A DNA stretch of 52,346 nt from a virus (taxonomy: Duplodnaviria > Caudoviricetes), in IMG/VR virus record IMGVR_UViG_3300044708_000075, positions 1-52,346 of that record; one strand, given 5' to 3'. This document shows positions 43,599 through 52,155 of the stretch, one piece after another. The notes beneath the pieces are model-generated. The model saw nothing but the letters and a program-made list of their open reading frames with translations. It did no database searches and was not told the origin of the DNA. The stretch's first letter is position 1, and the number at the start of each line of letters is the position of its first letter. Both the position numbers and the translations under genes were made by a program.

Positions 43599-45149
43599 TC
43601 AGAAATTGTCCCAGCTGTAGCTCGAACCCAGCGCCAGTTCGTTCAGCGCATCGGCGAAGGCGTCCACCTGATCGTCGAACATCACGTTGGGAAACCCGCA
43701 CACCTCGTCGAGGAAGGCTTCGTTCCACGGGCCCCGCAGCAGCTTCACATTGCCCGCCTCTGCCTGAGCCGATGCAGGACGCGCCCTAGTCGCCTTGTCG
43801 CCAGTGATCGGCTTCACGACCGCCGCATAGCCCGCCAGCAGCTTGACCTTGGTCTCGGCGTCGGCCTTGCCCGCGGCGCCTGGGTCCTGCGGCATCCGGA
43901 TCGTGACCAGCGTACCATCCTGCGAAGCGGTGTTTTTGAGCGTCTTCTCGACCTCCGACGCGCTCCATCGCCCACGCAGCACATCGTCGACGTAGAACAC
44001 CCCATCGGCCATCGCCATGCGCAGGCCCACCGTCCAATCCGGCTGCTTGCCCGCCGTCTGCTTCGATGCGGCGAAGTCCCAAGCGCGCACCCTGCGCCGA
44101 ACCTTGGCGGGCAGCGCGTCGACCACTTCAAAATCGCTGCGCTGGAACATGCCGCCGGTCCGCGGCGCAGGTCGCTGCTGGAACTGGCCCGCAACCGCAT
44201 ATGAACCCATCGGCACCTTGTCGCGCTCGACCACGTCCCGGGGAAAGCGCTCGGGGAACAGCAACTCGCCGTCGGTTGAGCGCGGATCCCTGAACCCGAT
44301 CGACGTGGCACACGCCCGCTCAGGCTCGAACTCCATCGGCAGCATCAAATGCTCGTAGCCGAGGTGCAGCGCCAGGATGGTCCCGCTGACGTCCTGCTCG
44401 TGAAGCCGCTGCATGATGACCACGATTGCCGATTTCTCCGGGTTGTTGAGGCGCGTGGGCACCGATTCGCGGAAGGTGCGGATGGTCGACCCACGCTCGG
44501 TGTCGCTATCTGCCCCGTCAACGCTGTGCGGGTCGTCGATGATCACCCGATCCGCGCGGCCGCCGGTGAGGCGTGAGAACGGGATGCCCTGCCTGAAGCC
44601 CGTGGCGGTATTGCTGAACGACATTTCGCCGGCGCGCACCAGCTGGACATGATCGCCCCACAGCTCCTGGTACCATTCCGAGCTGACGAGATCGCGCATC
44701 CGGCGATTGTCGCGCTTGGCGTAGTCCTCCGAGTAGCTCGAGCCGATGATGCGGGTCGCTGGTCGTCCCACCGGGCCCCATTCCCACGCCGGCCAGAAGA
44801 CACCCGTCATCAGCGACTTCATCGTGCCAGGCGGAATGTTGATCAGCAGCCGGTTGATCTCGCCGCGGGTGATCGCCTCCAGATGCTCCGCGATCGCTTC
44901 GACATGCCACCCGTGGATGTACGGGTTCGACGGCTCGAGGACGTGCCACGCTTCCTTGATGAAGCCGGTCAATGTGCGGCAGCGGGCCCGGATGCTCTCG
45001 GCGTTGTTGTGGCGCCGCTGACGCTCGGCCTGGAGCGCGCGCAGTTCATCCCGGCGCGCCTTCTCATCGAGCAGCGGCAGGAGCTCGCGCTTGACCTCAA
45101 TGGGTAGTGAGAGAATTTCGGTCAGGTTTACCGGTGATGCGTGCGACAA
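43599..45149 (-). CDS. terL: Terminase large subunit
   Basis: LINIPPGTMKS, TGGRADRVIIDDP, MQRLH..D, WDFAA, DDQVDA. Confidence 0.95.
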   Translation of the reverse strand: MSHASPVNLTEILSLPIEVKRELLPLLDEKARRDELRALQAERQRRHNNAESIRARCRTLTGFIKEAWHVLEPSNPYIHGWHVEAIAEHLEAITRGEINRLLINIPPGTMKSLMTGVFWPAWEWGPVGRPATRIIGSSYSEDYAKRDNRRMRDLVSSEWYQELWGDHVQLVRAGEMSFSNTATGFRQGIPFSRLTGGRADRVIIDDPHSVDGADSDTERGSTIRTFRESVPTRLNNPEKSAIVVIMQRLHEQDVSGTILALHLGYEHLMLPMEFEPERACATSIGFRDPRSTDGELLFPERFPRDVVERDKVPMGSYAVAGQFQQRPAPRTGGMFQRSDFEVVDALPAKVRRRVRAWDFAASKQTAGKQPDWTVGLRMAMADGVFYVDDVLRGRWSASEVEKTLKNTASQDGTLVTIRMPQDPGAAGKADAETKVKLLAGYAAVVKPITGDKATRARPASAQAEAGNVKLLRGPWNEAFLDEVCGFPNVMFDDQVDAFADALNELALGSSYSWDNF

Positions 45150-45468
45150 TGCGCGCCTCCAACTCTTCGTCGCTCAAGTTCGCATATTCGATCGGACCGC
45201 CATCGGCTCCAGTATGCTCATGCGATTGGCGAGGGCGCCCATAAGCCCGGTCGAGCAGTGCCGTTGCGGCTGTGACGCGGGCGCTCTCCGAAACACCCTT
45301 CTCCGCGACATCAACCAATGTTTTCAATGCTTTGGGCGAGTGGGCCTTGGCCAAATCCTCGATCCGCCCCTTCTGTTCGCGGGTCGCACGATTGATCACG
45401 CCCTTCGGCCGACCAGCGCCAGGGCGGTGACCTCCACGTTTTGATTTTGCTTTGATATTCTCGGGCAT
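45097..45468 (-). CDS. terS: Terminase small subunit
   Basis: RGGHRPGAGRPKG..N, AATALLDRAYGRP, HTGADGGPI..LSDEEL. Confidence 0.85.
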   Translation of the reverse strand: MPENIKAKSKRGGHRPGAGRPKGVINRATREQKGRIEDLAKAHSPKALKTLVDVAEKGVSESARVTAATALLDRAYGRPRQSHEHTGADGGPIEYANLSDEELEARIVARITGKPDRNSLTTH

Positions 45469-45470
45469 GA

Positions 45471-46070
45471 TCAGGATTCTACCCCCGCGCCGTCGCTCGA
45501 CTGTAGGGTCATGCGAACCGCGAGGTCGTGCTCGACAATCCGGTTCTTTCGTGAGCGATAATCGCCGCGGGTGTCGAAGACCGGCTCCTCACGATGCGCA
45601 TTCGGCTCAAACCCCTTGCTACACGCCAGCTTGACCATCTGCGCCGGCGACATGCGCCTGGAGCCTACCCACCAATCGCCCTGCGGCGTCGGGCTGACGA
45701 TGAACCCGCCGTTGCGGATCACACGCAGATGCTGGGCGGCATGGCGAGCGAGCGTGATGCTGACCTCGCGCCGATCGCGAATGGCTGGCGACCGCGGGAC
45801 TGCGCCAGTGGCCCGATGCTCGACCATGCAGGATGAGCGGGTGAGCCAGTTGCCCTGGGCGCGCTGGTGGCGGACATATTCCGAGCGGAGTTTGATGAGC
45901 CGTTCCTTCCCTCGTTCAGTGAGCCAGCGGTTGATCGTTGAGCGCCGGGCCCGGTACCAAGTCTCGCAGCCGAGACGACCGACCTCGATGAAGATCACGT
46001 CGAAATCATCCGGACACTTGCGCAGCGGCGGCCGGCCCTTGGGCTCGAGTTTGAGCGCCCTAGTGGCCAT
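45471..46070 (-). CDS. Hypothetical protein with possible HTH; candidate late regulator
   Basis: CPDDFDVIFIE.GR..WYRARRSTINRWL; last gene before the first late promoter. Confidence 0.6.
   Translation of the reverse strand: MATRALKLEPKGRPPLRKCPDDFDVIFIEVGRLGCETWYRARRSTINRWLTERGKERLIKLRSEYVRHQRAQGNWLTRSSCMVEHRATGAVPRSPAIRDRREVSITLARHAAQHLRVIRNGGFIVSPTPQGDWWVGSRRMSPAQMVKLACSKGFEPNAHREEPVFDTRGDYRSRKNRIVEHDLAVRMTLQSSDGAGVES
45476..45510 (-). promoter_or_regulatory. Late promoter motif (leaderless geometry, terS)
   Basis: GACCCTACA-N20-TAGAAT-N7-ATG(45468). Confidence 0.7.
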
Positions 46071-46287
46071 GGGGATGTTTCCTCGCTTTGCGCTTCCCCA
46101 GGCATGTGCTGGCGACGTCACCGTTGAGCTTCAACCGAGCGCCGTTCCCGAGCTTGATCGTGCCGCAACCGAACGCTGCTGCCTTGTCGATCGCTTTGAC
46201 CGTGAGCGCCGCGCGGATCCCCTCCACGTCGACGCCGTGCTGGCGTTCGAGAAAACGCAGGACCGCATGATCGCTGACGTAGGCCAT
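46060..46287 (-). CDS. Small hypothetical protein with SDHA..R.LER motif
   Basis: VSDHAVLRFLER..GVDVE. Confidence 0.7.
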   Translation of the reverse strand: MAYVSDHAVLRFLERQHGVDVEGIRAALTVKAIDKAAAFGCGTIKLGNGARLKLNGDVASTCLGKRKARKHPHGH

Positions 46288-46300
46288 CACCCGCCACTCC

Positions 46301-46461
46301 TGCGCCAGTCAGCTACGGACGCTGAGGTTGCGTGCGTCAGTTGTTCCCCTTTAGGGGTAACTGACGCAAAGCACCTACGCTGCGTCACTTCTGCGTCAGT
46401 CGTGCGTAAGTCGGTGAAGGTCATTCCGTGGCCCATTTTCCGACCTCCACGAACTTACGCA
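46301..46461. repeat. Iteron-like 9-mers plus palindrome; putative replication origin
   Basis: TGCGTCAGT-like at 46301, 46333, 46381, 46392, 46403; inverted at 46360, 46453; CCCCTTTAGGGG core. Confidence 0.65.
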
Positions 46462-47692
46462 TGTGCCGTTGCGCGTCTTCCTTTTCGACGACTTCGAGGG
46501 CGCCGTTGCCGATCCATTGGGCGACGATCTTGGCGATGCGCTTGCGGCAGTCGTCGAGGTTGAGACCGAGGACCCGAGCGACCGGGATACCGACCCATTC
46601 GGATGAGCGGGAATCAAGGCGCCATTCGCCGTTCGCGATCGCCTTCTGGCTTGCGATCAGATGAGCCGTGGATATGCCTTCGAACAGCTCCGGCCATTGC
46701 CACGGACACGCCACCCCGACCTGATCGCTATTGTCGAGGCTGACGTTGTTCATGCGATACCAGGCCGCCTTCTCGGGCGGCGCCAGGTTCGCCTTGTCGT
46801 TCTGCGTGCGGAAGTAGAAGCCGCGCTGGTCCTCGGGGACGCCGGCCATCGCCGCCTCGTCGGGGGTCATGCGGTTGAAGACGATGACGCTGCGCGCCGC
46901 GTCGACCAACGCTTTGGCACCGCGGGCGGACTCGGCGTTGCTCTCCTGCCCGTTGCCCTTGCGGACATGGTGGACGAGGTTGACACTGCAGTTGCACTCG
47001 TCGGCGAGGCGGCCCCAGGCTTTGCTCACGGCGTCGATCGCGCGGTTGTCGTTCTCACTCACCTCGTGGCTGCTCACGAACGGGTCGATGATGAGGCTGT
47101 CGATTGCGCGCTCGAGGATCTGCGCCTTGATCTGCTCATAGACCGGCTGGACGATGCGGGCGCCGTACTCGGTCTCAGTGGCGATGACGCAGCGCTGGTC
47201 GCGGCCGGAGTCGACGTAGAGCCGGCCTTCGACGTCCTCTGGCTTGATGTGAAACCACTTGGCCGTCGCGTGGATGCGGCGCTCTGATTCCTCCGCCGGG
47301 TCCTCGAGATTGTAGAGCCAGACCGTGAGCGGGCCGTTGTGGATAGGAACGCCGTACAGGTCGCGGCCTGAGGCCATCGCTAGGGCTTCTCCTATTTTGA
47401 CTGAGGATTTTCCTGTTCCGCCGGCGGCGACGTCGACGCTGACGAAGCGGCGGAGGAGATGCTTGCCGTACAGCCACTGGCGGGCGGGAATCTCGGTTTC
47501 AGGGCGCCAGGCGAACGGGGTCGCAATGATCGGCGGCCGGTCGTCTGGCGGTGCAGCGTCGTAAGCCTCGGGCGGGGCGAACGGGATGACGTTGCCGAGC
47601 TCGCCCGGCTGTGCGGGGAGCGCAGGCACGGGTCCGTAGTCGTTCACCCAATCGTCGCTAGTGAGGTCAGCCACGCGCATCTGCCTCCCCAT
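46421..47692 (-). CDS. RepA-like (AAA_25) replicative helicase
   Basis: Walker A AAGGTGKS, YNLED, Walker B LIIDPF, ENDN, LVHHVRK, ARGA..L.DAARS, KAN. Confidence 0.9.
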   Translation of the reverse strand: MGRQMRVADLTSDDWVNDYGPVPALPAQPGELGNVIPFAPPEAYDAAPPDDRPPIIATPFAWRPETEIPARQWLYGKHLLRRFVSVDVAAGGTGKSSVKIGEALAMASGRDLYGVPIHNGPLTVWLYNLEDPAEESERRIHATAKWFHIKPEDVEGRLYVDSGRDQRCVIATETEYGARIVQPVYEQIKAQILERAIDSLIIDPFVSSHEVSENDNRAIDAVSKAWGRLADECNCSVNLVHHVRKGNGQESNAESARGAKALVDAARSVIVFNRMTPDEAAMAGVPEDQRGFYFRTQNDKANLAPPEKAAWYRMNNVSLDNSDQVGVACPWQWPELFEGISTAHLIASQKAIANGEWRLDSRSSEWVGIPVARVLGLNLDDCRKRIAKIVAQWIGNGALEVVEKEDAQRHMRKFVEVGKWATE

Positions 47693-48020
47693 CGCTGAGA
47701 GGCAGCCGCGGCTGGTACAGCGTGTCGAAGCTCGAAGCAGCGCACACGCAGCTAAGGCACAGCCGCCGGAGCTCGCGCAGCTGGTCGCGGCTGATCGCGA
47801 AGCTCAGCGCCGATTCGTTCGCGACATTCTCGACCACATCGAGCAGCGCCCAGGCTGGGGTGCAGGCGACCTGCTTCGTCGCGATCGCACGGTCGCGCAT
47901 CAGCAGCAGGCTCGCGCGCAGTTCCAGTTCCTCGCCATCGCAGAGGGGACGCATTGCTTTTACGACCGAGAAGAAATCTTCGCGCCGCAAAGTCCTCGGA
48001 AGGATGGCAGGCTCGTTCAT
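47667..48020 (-). CDS. Hypothetical protein
   Basis: ATGA overlap with the HNH stop. Confidence 0.55.
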   Translation of the reverse strand: MNEPAILPRTLRREDFFSVVKAMRPLCDGEELELRASLLLMRDRAIATKQVACTPAWALLDVVENVANESALSFAISRDQLRELRRLCLSCVCAASSFDTLYQPRLPLSDGEADARG

Positions 48021-48742
48021 AGACCAGCCTCGAACATGTCGGGCCAATGGCGATTCCGCTTGGCGATGTTCACATCGGACGGAATGATTTGCAGATTCGC
48101 TTCGCAGTGAAGACCGCAGACAGTATCGCCTTGGAGCGGGACGATGTGGTCCACATGGAAGTCAGGGCCGAGCAAACGCGCGGTTCTATAGATCGCCTCG
48201 ATTTCTATGCGGCTGGCCCAGGACGGAAGGGCGCGAAGTTTAGCGGCCCTATGATTTTCCTTGTGAACCTTTGCCCGATCGGGATTCTCGCGCGCCCATG
48301 CGGTAGCGCGTTCTACGGCTCGTTTTTGTTTCGCGGGGATGTGCTTGTTGCGATGGTGCCGCAGCCGACTCTTTTCGCCTCTGATCTCCCTGTTCGCCGC
48401 ATCGTAGCGCTGCGAAATGGCTCTCGCCTCCTCGGGTTTTTTCCTGCGCCATTGGGCCGCCCATTCGCGGCCGCATTCTCGGCAACGGGATTGACGCCCA
48501 TCCACTTTCGCCTTGTTGGGCGGGAAGTCGGAGAGCGGCTTTTCAATCTTGCAGTTGGTGCAAGCCTTCGCTTCAGGTAGAGGCCGCGAACGACGCGCGG
48601 CGTTCCAGCATCCTACGCACAGCCCGGTCGAACCAGCCCTGCCTAAAGACCTTTTCTCGAGCGTGCTCTTGCTGAGAGGGTTGCCGCACGTGGCGCAGTT
48701 ATCGCTCGGCACATGCACGGGGAGAGGCGAGGCGTCGTTCAT
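48017..48742 (-). CDS. HNH endonuclease with N-terminal Cys clusters
   Basis: C..C pairs, PSWA, FHVDHIVPLQG..VCGLHCEANLQII..N..K.N. Confidence 0.9.
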   Translation of the reverse strand: MNDASPLPVHVPSDNCATCGNPLSKSTLEKRSLGRAGSTGLCVGCWNAARRSRPLPEAKACTNCKIEKPLSDFPPNKAKVDGRQSRCRECGREWAAQWRRKKPEEARAISQRYDAANREIRGEKSRLRHHRNKHIPAKQKRAVERATAWARENPDRAKVHKENHRAAKLRALPSWASRIEIEAIYRTARLLGPDFHVDHIVPLQGDTVCGLHCEANLQIIPSDVNIAKRNRHWPDMFEAGL

Positions 48743-49023
48743 GCCGGCACCCGCATGTCATCGGTAAGCAGGAGCACGGGGATCGGGCCGTTGCCGCGCT
48801 TCCGGTTGCACTTCTCATGCGCAGGCCGGAGGTTGTGGATCTTGCTCGACCCGCCTTTCGAGAGCGGGTGAACATGGTCGACACTGATGACGTCGCCCAA
48901 GGCGATCGCGCGGCCGCAAAGCCAGCATGACCGGCCGTAGAGCGCGACCATCTTGTTACGCAGTGACGCCTTGCGCTGAGGATTTCGCATCAGGTGGCGG
49001 CGCTTCAGAGCAGTCGGGCTCAT
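48739..49023 (-). CDS. Small HNH endonuclease
   Basis: CWLCG, SVDHVHPLSKGG..NLRPAH..CN..RGN. Confidence 0.88.
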   Translation of the reverse strand: MSPTALKRRHLMRNPQRKASLRNKMVALYGRSCWLCGRAIALGDVISVDHVHPLSKGGSSKIHNLRPAHEKCNRKRGNGPIPVLLLTDDMRVPA

Positions 49024-49214
49024 ACCCCCAGCCTCCCCTGCCGCGCTTGCGCCAGCATCTGCTCCACAACCGCCGGCCGGACATTGAACTGCGCCGCCAG
49101 CTTCTCCGGCGTGAACTCGGCCAGGCGCTCGCGCGTGCAGCCGCTGAGCAGCATCGACAGCGAGGCCTTGGCTTTCTTGCCGGAGATGTTGCTGGTGCGG
49201 TGGGGGGATTTCAT
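49020..49214 (-). CDS. Small hypothetical protein
   Basis: Coupled ORF; EKLAAQFNV HTH-like segment. Confidence 0.6.
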   Translation of the reverse strand: MKSPHRTSNISGKKAKASLSMLLSGCTRERLAEFTPEKLAAQFNVRPAVVEQMLAQARQGRLGV

Positions 49215-49507
49215 GCCGCCACCTTGGCGCTCAGCCGCTTGGGGATATCGATCGTCTCGCCGCCCTTGGCGTAGACGCGGCTCCGCGTTGCCGGTTTGAC
49301 GATGGAGCAGCCGCTCCCGAGAATCAGCACGTTCCCATAGGACATCGGATAGACGCGGACCTTGCTACCCGATGCCTTGCGCCAGCGATCTGTTTCCGCC
49401 TTGGCGAAGGCGAAGTAATCGGCCTCGTCCAAATAGATTCCGCGCACCTCCAATTTGCGCCACCGGGCCTTTTCCAGGGCAGCGTCTATGCGGTCGTAGA
49501 GACTCAT
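49211..49507 (-). CDS. Hypothetical protein
   Basis: Coupled ORF. Confidence 0.6.
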   Translation of the reverse strand: MSLYDRIDAALEKARWRKLEVRGIYLDEADYFAFAKAETDRWRKASGSKVRVYPMSYGNVLILGSGCSIVKPATRSRVYAKGGETIDIPKRLSAKVAA

Positions 49508-49806
49508 CCCCACGGCTCCCGCAGCAGCAGCCCGACCGAGAGCGAATCGACGTCGCGCCGAAGCTCAGGATCGGTGGCGTAAAGCCGGTCGACGGTGCGC
49601 ACGGCATGGATGACCGTCGTGTGGTCGCGGTTGCCGAACAGCCGCCCGATCGCGGGCAGCGACTGCGGCGTCATCTGCTTGGAGAGCGTCATCGCGATCT
49701 GCCGCGGCCGTGCGACTTCGCGGTTCCTGCGCATCGAGATCATATCGATTGCCGCGACGTTGTAGCGCTTGCACACGGCGGCTTTGATATCGGCGACGAG
49801 GATCAT
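49504..49806 (-). CDS. Stand-alone DnaA C-terminal (domain IV) HTH protein
   Basis: S.RR.REVARPRQIAM.LSK..T..SLPAIGRLFGNRDHTTVIHAVR. Confidence 0.9.
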   Translation of the reverse strand: MILVADIKAAVCKRYNVAAIDMISMRRNREVARPRQIAMTLSKQMTPQSLPAIGRLFGNRDHTTVIHAVRTVDRLYATDPELRRDVDSLSVGLLLREPWG

Positions 49807-50246
49807 GAGAACCTGCCGATGAATGGGGCGCCGATGGAACGTAAATATTCCAGCGCGCTCTGCTCCTGCCGGAAGACTCCGCAATGGTGGCCTTGGCGGT
49901 AGAGCGTGTTCAGCTGATCGCGCTGGTTCGGAGTCGGCGGCTCATGCCCGTTTTTGAACTCGAGGAAGGCCACGCCGCCGGTCCAAGTGCACACCACATC
50001 AAGCGCGCCGGATTTCATGCCCTCGCGCTTCGCCTTGTTGACCTCCCATTGCGTTCGCTTCGCAGCGTTGGGCACCGCGAACACGTTCACGGCGGGGCAG
50101 ATAATCCGCACAGCGTTCAAGAATGCGAGCTGGCGCTTTTCTTCCGAGCGCGGATCCTTGTCCTTCGGATCGATGTGCCACGGAAGATCGTGCTCTTCGA
50201 GGTCGTCAAAGAAGGGCGCGGCCGATACGCTGGCCGAGCGGGTCAT
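49803..50246 (-). CDS. VRR-NUC domain nuclease
   Basis: SE..Q, AVPN, EG.KSG..D, FLEFK, P.PNQ. Confidence 0.85.
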   Translation of the reverse strand: MTRSASVSAAPFFDDLEEHDLPWHIDPKDKDPRSEEKRQLAFLNAVRIICPAVNVFAVPNAAKRTQWEVNKAKREGMKSGALDVVCTWTGGVAFLEFKNGHEPPTPNQRDQLNTLYRQGHHCGVFRQEQSALEYLRSIGAPFIGRFS

Positions 50247-50485
50247 TTGCCGACCCCCAGCTTATCGTCGAGCCGCGAGCCCCATGCTTCCTGGGCGCGA
50301 AACCATACGGTGACGCCCATCTCGGCTTCGCCCGCGATATATTGGGCGACCATCTCATCGGAGCGGCCGAGAATGGCGCCCATGTCGGTGAGGGTCAGCC
50401 GGTCCTCATTCTTGATTTGCAGGAGCGCCGTACCGATCGCGGCGAGCAAGTGTGAATTGCCAAGGATAGTTGGGCGGGAGGCCAT
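50243..50485 (-). CDS. CII-like HTH regulator
   Basis: LTLTDMGAILGRSDEMVAQY..G..EMG; position downstream of cro. Confidence 0.6.
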   Translation of the reverse strand: MASRPTILGNSHLLAAIGTALLQIKNEDRLTLTDMGAILGRSDEMVAQYIAGEAEMGVTVWFRAQEAWGSRLDDKLGVGK

Positions 50486-50714
50486 TATATGACGCCCCCG
50501 GAATGAGTGAGAGACGTTCCATGTGTATTTGCGTAACCGGCCCGTCCGCCTTGCTCGGACACCCCACCTCCGCTTTCGCGGGCGGGTCGCCTTTCAAATG
50601 TTCCCCACCTCGCCACGACCTACGGCACTCGACCGAAGAGTACCGACGCGGAGGTGTGGAACCTCGGGGGCATGAGCACCCCCGCGCCGGACGCGCCGTT
50701 GGGGTGGCGCGTGT

Positions 50715-51086
50715 TCATGCCATTGCCTTCAGTTCCGAGGCACGCCAATCAATGCGCTTCTCAGCGGGCACCAAGTGGCGATTGTAAAGGCGGTGTTCCA
50801 AGCGGAGAACCAAGGCGACGATCGCTCGCTCTGTTGCGAGCGCCTCGGCGCGAGTTTCTACCTTGGCGATCTTAAAGGCGTCGATGTTGCCTGCATTGCC
50901 AACCAGCCAAAGGTCAAACCCGTCAGGATTGAGCGGCGTCCCGTAGCCACGATCGCGGTGGCGCTTCATGCGCCGCGCACCCGACAACAGGGACTCAAGC
51001 CGCCGTTGCGGATCACCCGCCGTCTGGCCGACATAGCGGCACTCGGGATCGCCGCTGATGCGGAGCCCGTAGATGTAATAGCTCAC
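50715..51086 (-). CDS. GIY-YIG-like endonuclease
   Basis: YIYGL..RYVGQT..RR..ALATE..LYN. Confidence 0.7.
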   Translation of the reverse strand: MSYYIYGLRISGDPECRYVGQTAGDPQRRLESLLSGARRMKRHRDRGYGTPLNPDGFDLWLVGNAGNIDAFKIAKVETRAEALATERAIVALVLRLEHRLYNRHLVPAEKRIDWRASELKAMA

Positions 51087-51301
51087 GCCGCCGCTTCTTT
51101 CGACGCTGGCGGGACGAACTGGCGCCACTCAAGCAGCTTTCCTTTGAGCGCCGCGGCCTCAATGATCTTCGGCCAATACTGCGGCGGGATGTTATTCCGG
51201 TTGCGCCATTGACGCACCGTGACGCCGAGTTCGCCGATGTCGGTGGCCATCGTCTCGGCGTTGTCGTCCCAGACGGCGTAAATGGGTTTGAGGTGTGACA
51301 T
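51083..51301 (-). CDS. cro: Cro-like repressor
   Basis: MATDIG..TVRQWRNRNNIPPQYW..I; divergent from cI. Confidence 0.8.
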   Translation of the reverse strand: MSHLKPIYAVWDDNAETMATDIGELGVTVRQWRNRNNIPPQYWPKIIEAAALKGKLLEWRQFVPPASKEAAA

Positions 51302-51307
51302 GACGGC

Positions 51308-51364
51308 CATGATACACACCGTATCGGGCACGTCAATACCCGCCGTATCGCTACAGGCTGTATC
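51308..51364. promoter_or_regulatory. OR-like region: three 15-bp operators and the cro promoter
   Basis: GATAC-N5-GTATC 51311, AATAC-N5-GTATC 51335, GCTAC-N5-GTATC 51350; minus strand TTGACG-N16-TATCAT-N7-ATG. Confidence 0.8.
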
Positions 51365-51374
51365 CCCGTGGCTT

Positions 51375-52100
51375 ATGGGAACGCTCAAGTCAGGTCGGCT
51401 GAAGGCAGCAAGAGAGAAGGCGAGGTTCGCGTCGGCCGCGGAAGCCGCCCGCGCTTTTGGGTGGAAAGAATCCGCCTACCGCCACCATGAGAACGGAACG
51501 CGCGACTTCGGACCCGATGCAGCAAAACGCTACGGGCGGGCGTTCAAAGTTAAGCCAGGGTGGTTGCTCGGCCTGGATAACATTGACGGCGGGCCACCGC
51601 CGCAGTCGCAAGAGCAGGATGACTTTCTCGTGGTCAACGGCAGCATAGAGGCCGGGGCGTGGAGGGTTACTGAACAATGGAACGACGAGCGGTCCTTCGT
51701 CATCGAAGGGATGCCGTCTCCTATCCCGGGCGCCAAGCGCTTTGGACTAGTCGTGGTCGGGCGATCGATGGACGAGTTCTATGAACCGGGCACGGTGCTT
51801 GATTGCATCTCAATCTTCGACATGCCCGTGAAGCCGGTCACCGGCGATCACGTTATCGTCGAGTGCATTAGGTCCGACGGCCTACGCGAGCTCACGGTCA
51901 AAGAGTATCGCGAGGAGGACGGCCGCTACTGGCTCGTTCCGAAATCGACGAAGCCGGAATTCAAGCCGGTGGAGTACGCCGGCCCCGATGAAGAACATGC
52001 CAACGACTCGGAGGTCAGGGTGATCGCTTTCGTGATCGCCGCCTTCCCGCCGCGGACGCTCGATCTGCTTCGGCGCATGGGGATGATTCGCCCAGCGTAA
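51375..52100 (+). CDS. cI: CI-like repressor (XRE HTH plus S24 autoproteolytic domain)
   Basis: RLKAAR..AAEAARAFG..YRHHENGTR; IEAG, VVGRSM, LTVK. Confidence 0.92.
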   Translation: MGTLKSGRLKAAREKARFASAAEAARAFGWKESAYRHHENGTRDFGPDAAKRYGRAFKVKPGWLLGLDNIDGGPPPQSQEQDDFLVVNGSIEAGAWRVTEQWNDERSFVIEGMPSPIPGAKRFGLVVVGRSMDEFYEPGTVLDCISIFDMPVKPVTGDHVIVECIRSDGLRELTVKEYREEDGRYWLVPKSTKPEFKPVEYAGPDEEHANDSEVRVIAFVIAAFPPRTLDLLRRMGMIRPA

Positions 52101-52107
52101 ACTTTTT

Positions 52108-52148
52108 GATACATAGTGTATTGACAGGCCCGATACGCTCTGTATTGT
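52108..52148 (+). promoter_or_regulatory. OL-like region: two operators and the early promoter
   Basis: GATAC-N5-GTATT at 52108 and 52132; TTGACA-N16-TATTGT-N7-ATG(52156). Confidence 0.8.
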
Positions 52149-52155
52149 GCAGGGC

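Noticed and set aside
46060-46287. RelE-like toxin of a toxin-antitoxin pair
   Set aside because: The HA..R motif is only suggestive and no antitoxin partner is evident
46287-46424. 45-aa ORF across the iteron region
   Set aside because: Open and coupled, but the sequence is explained by the DNA repeats; not supportable as a gene
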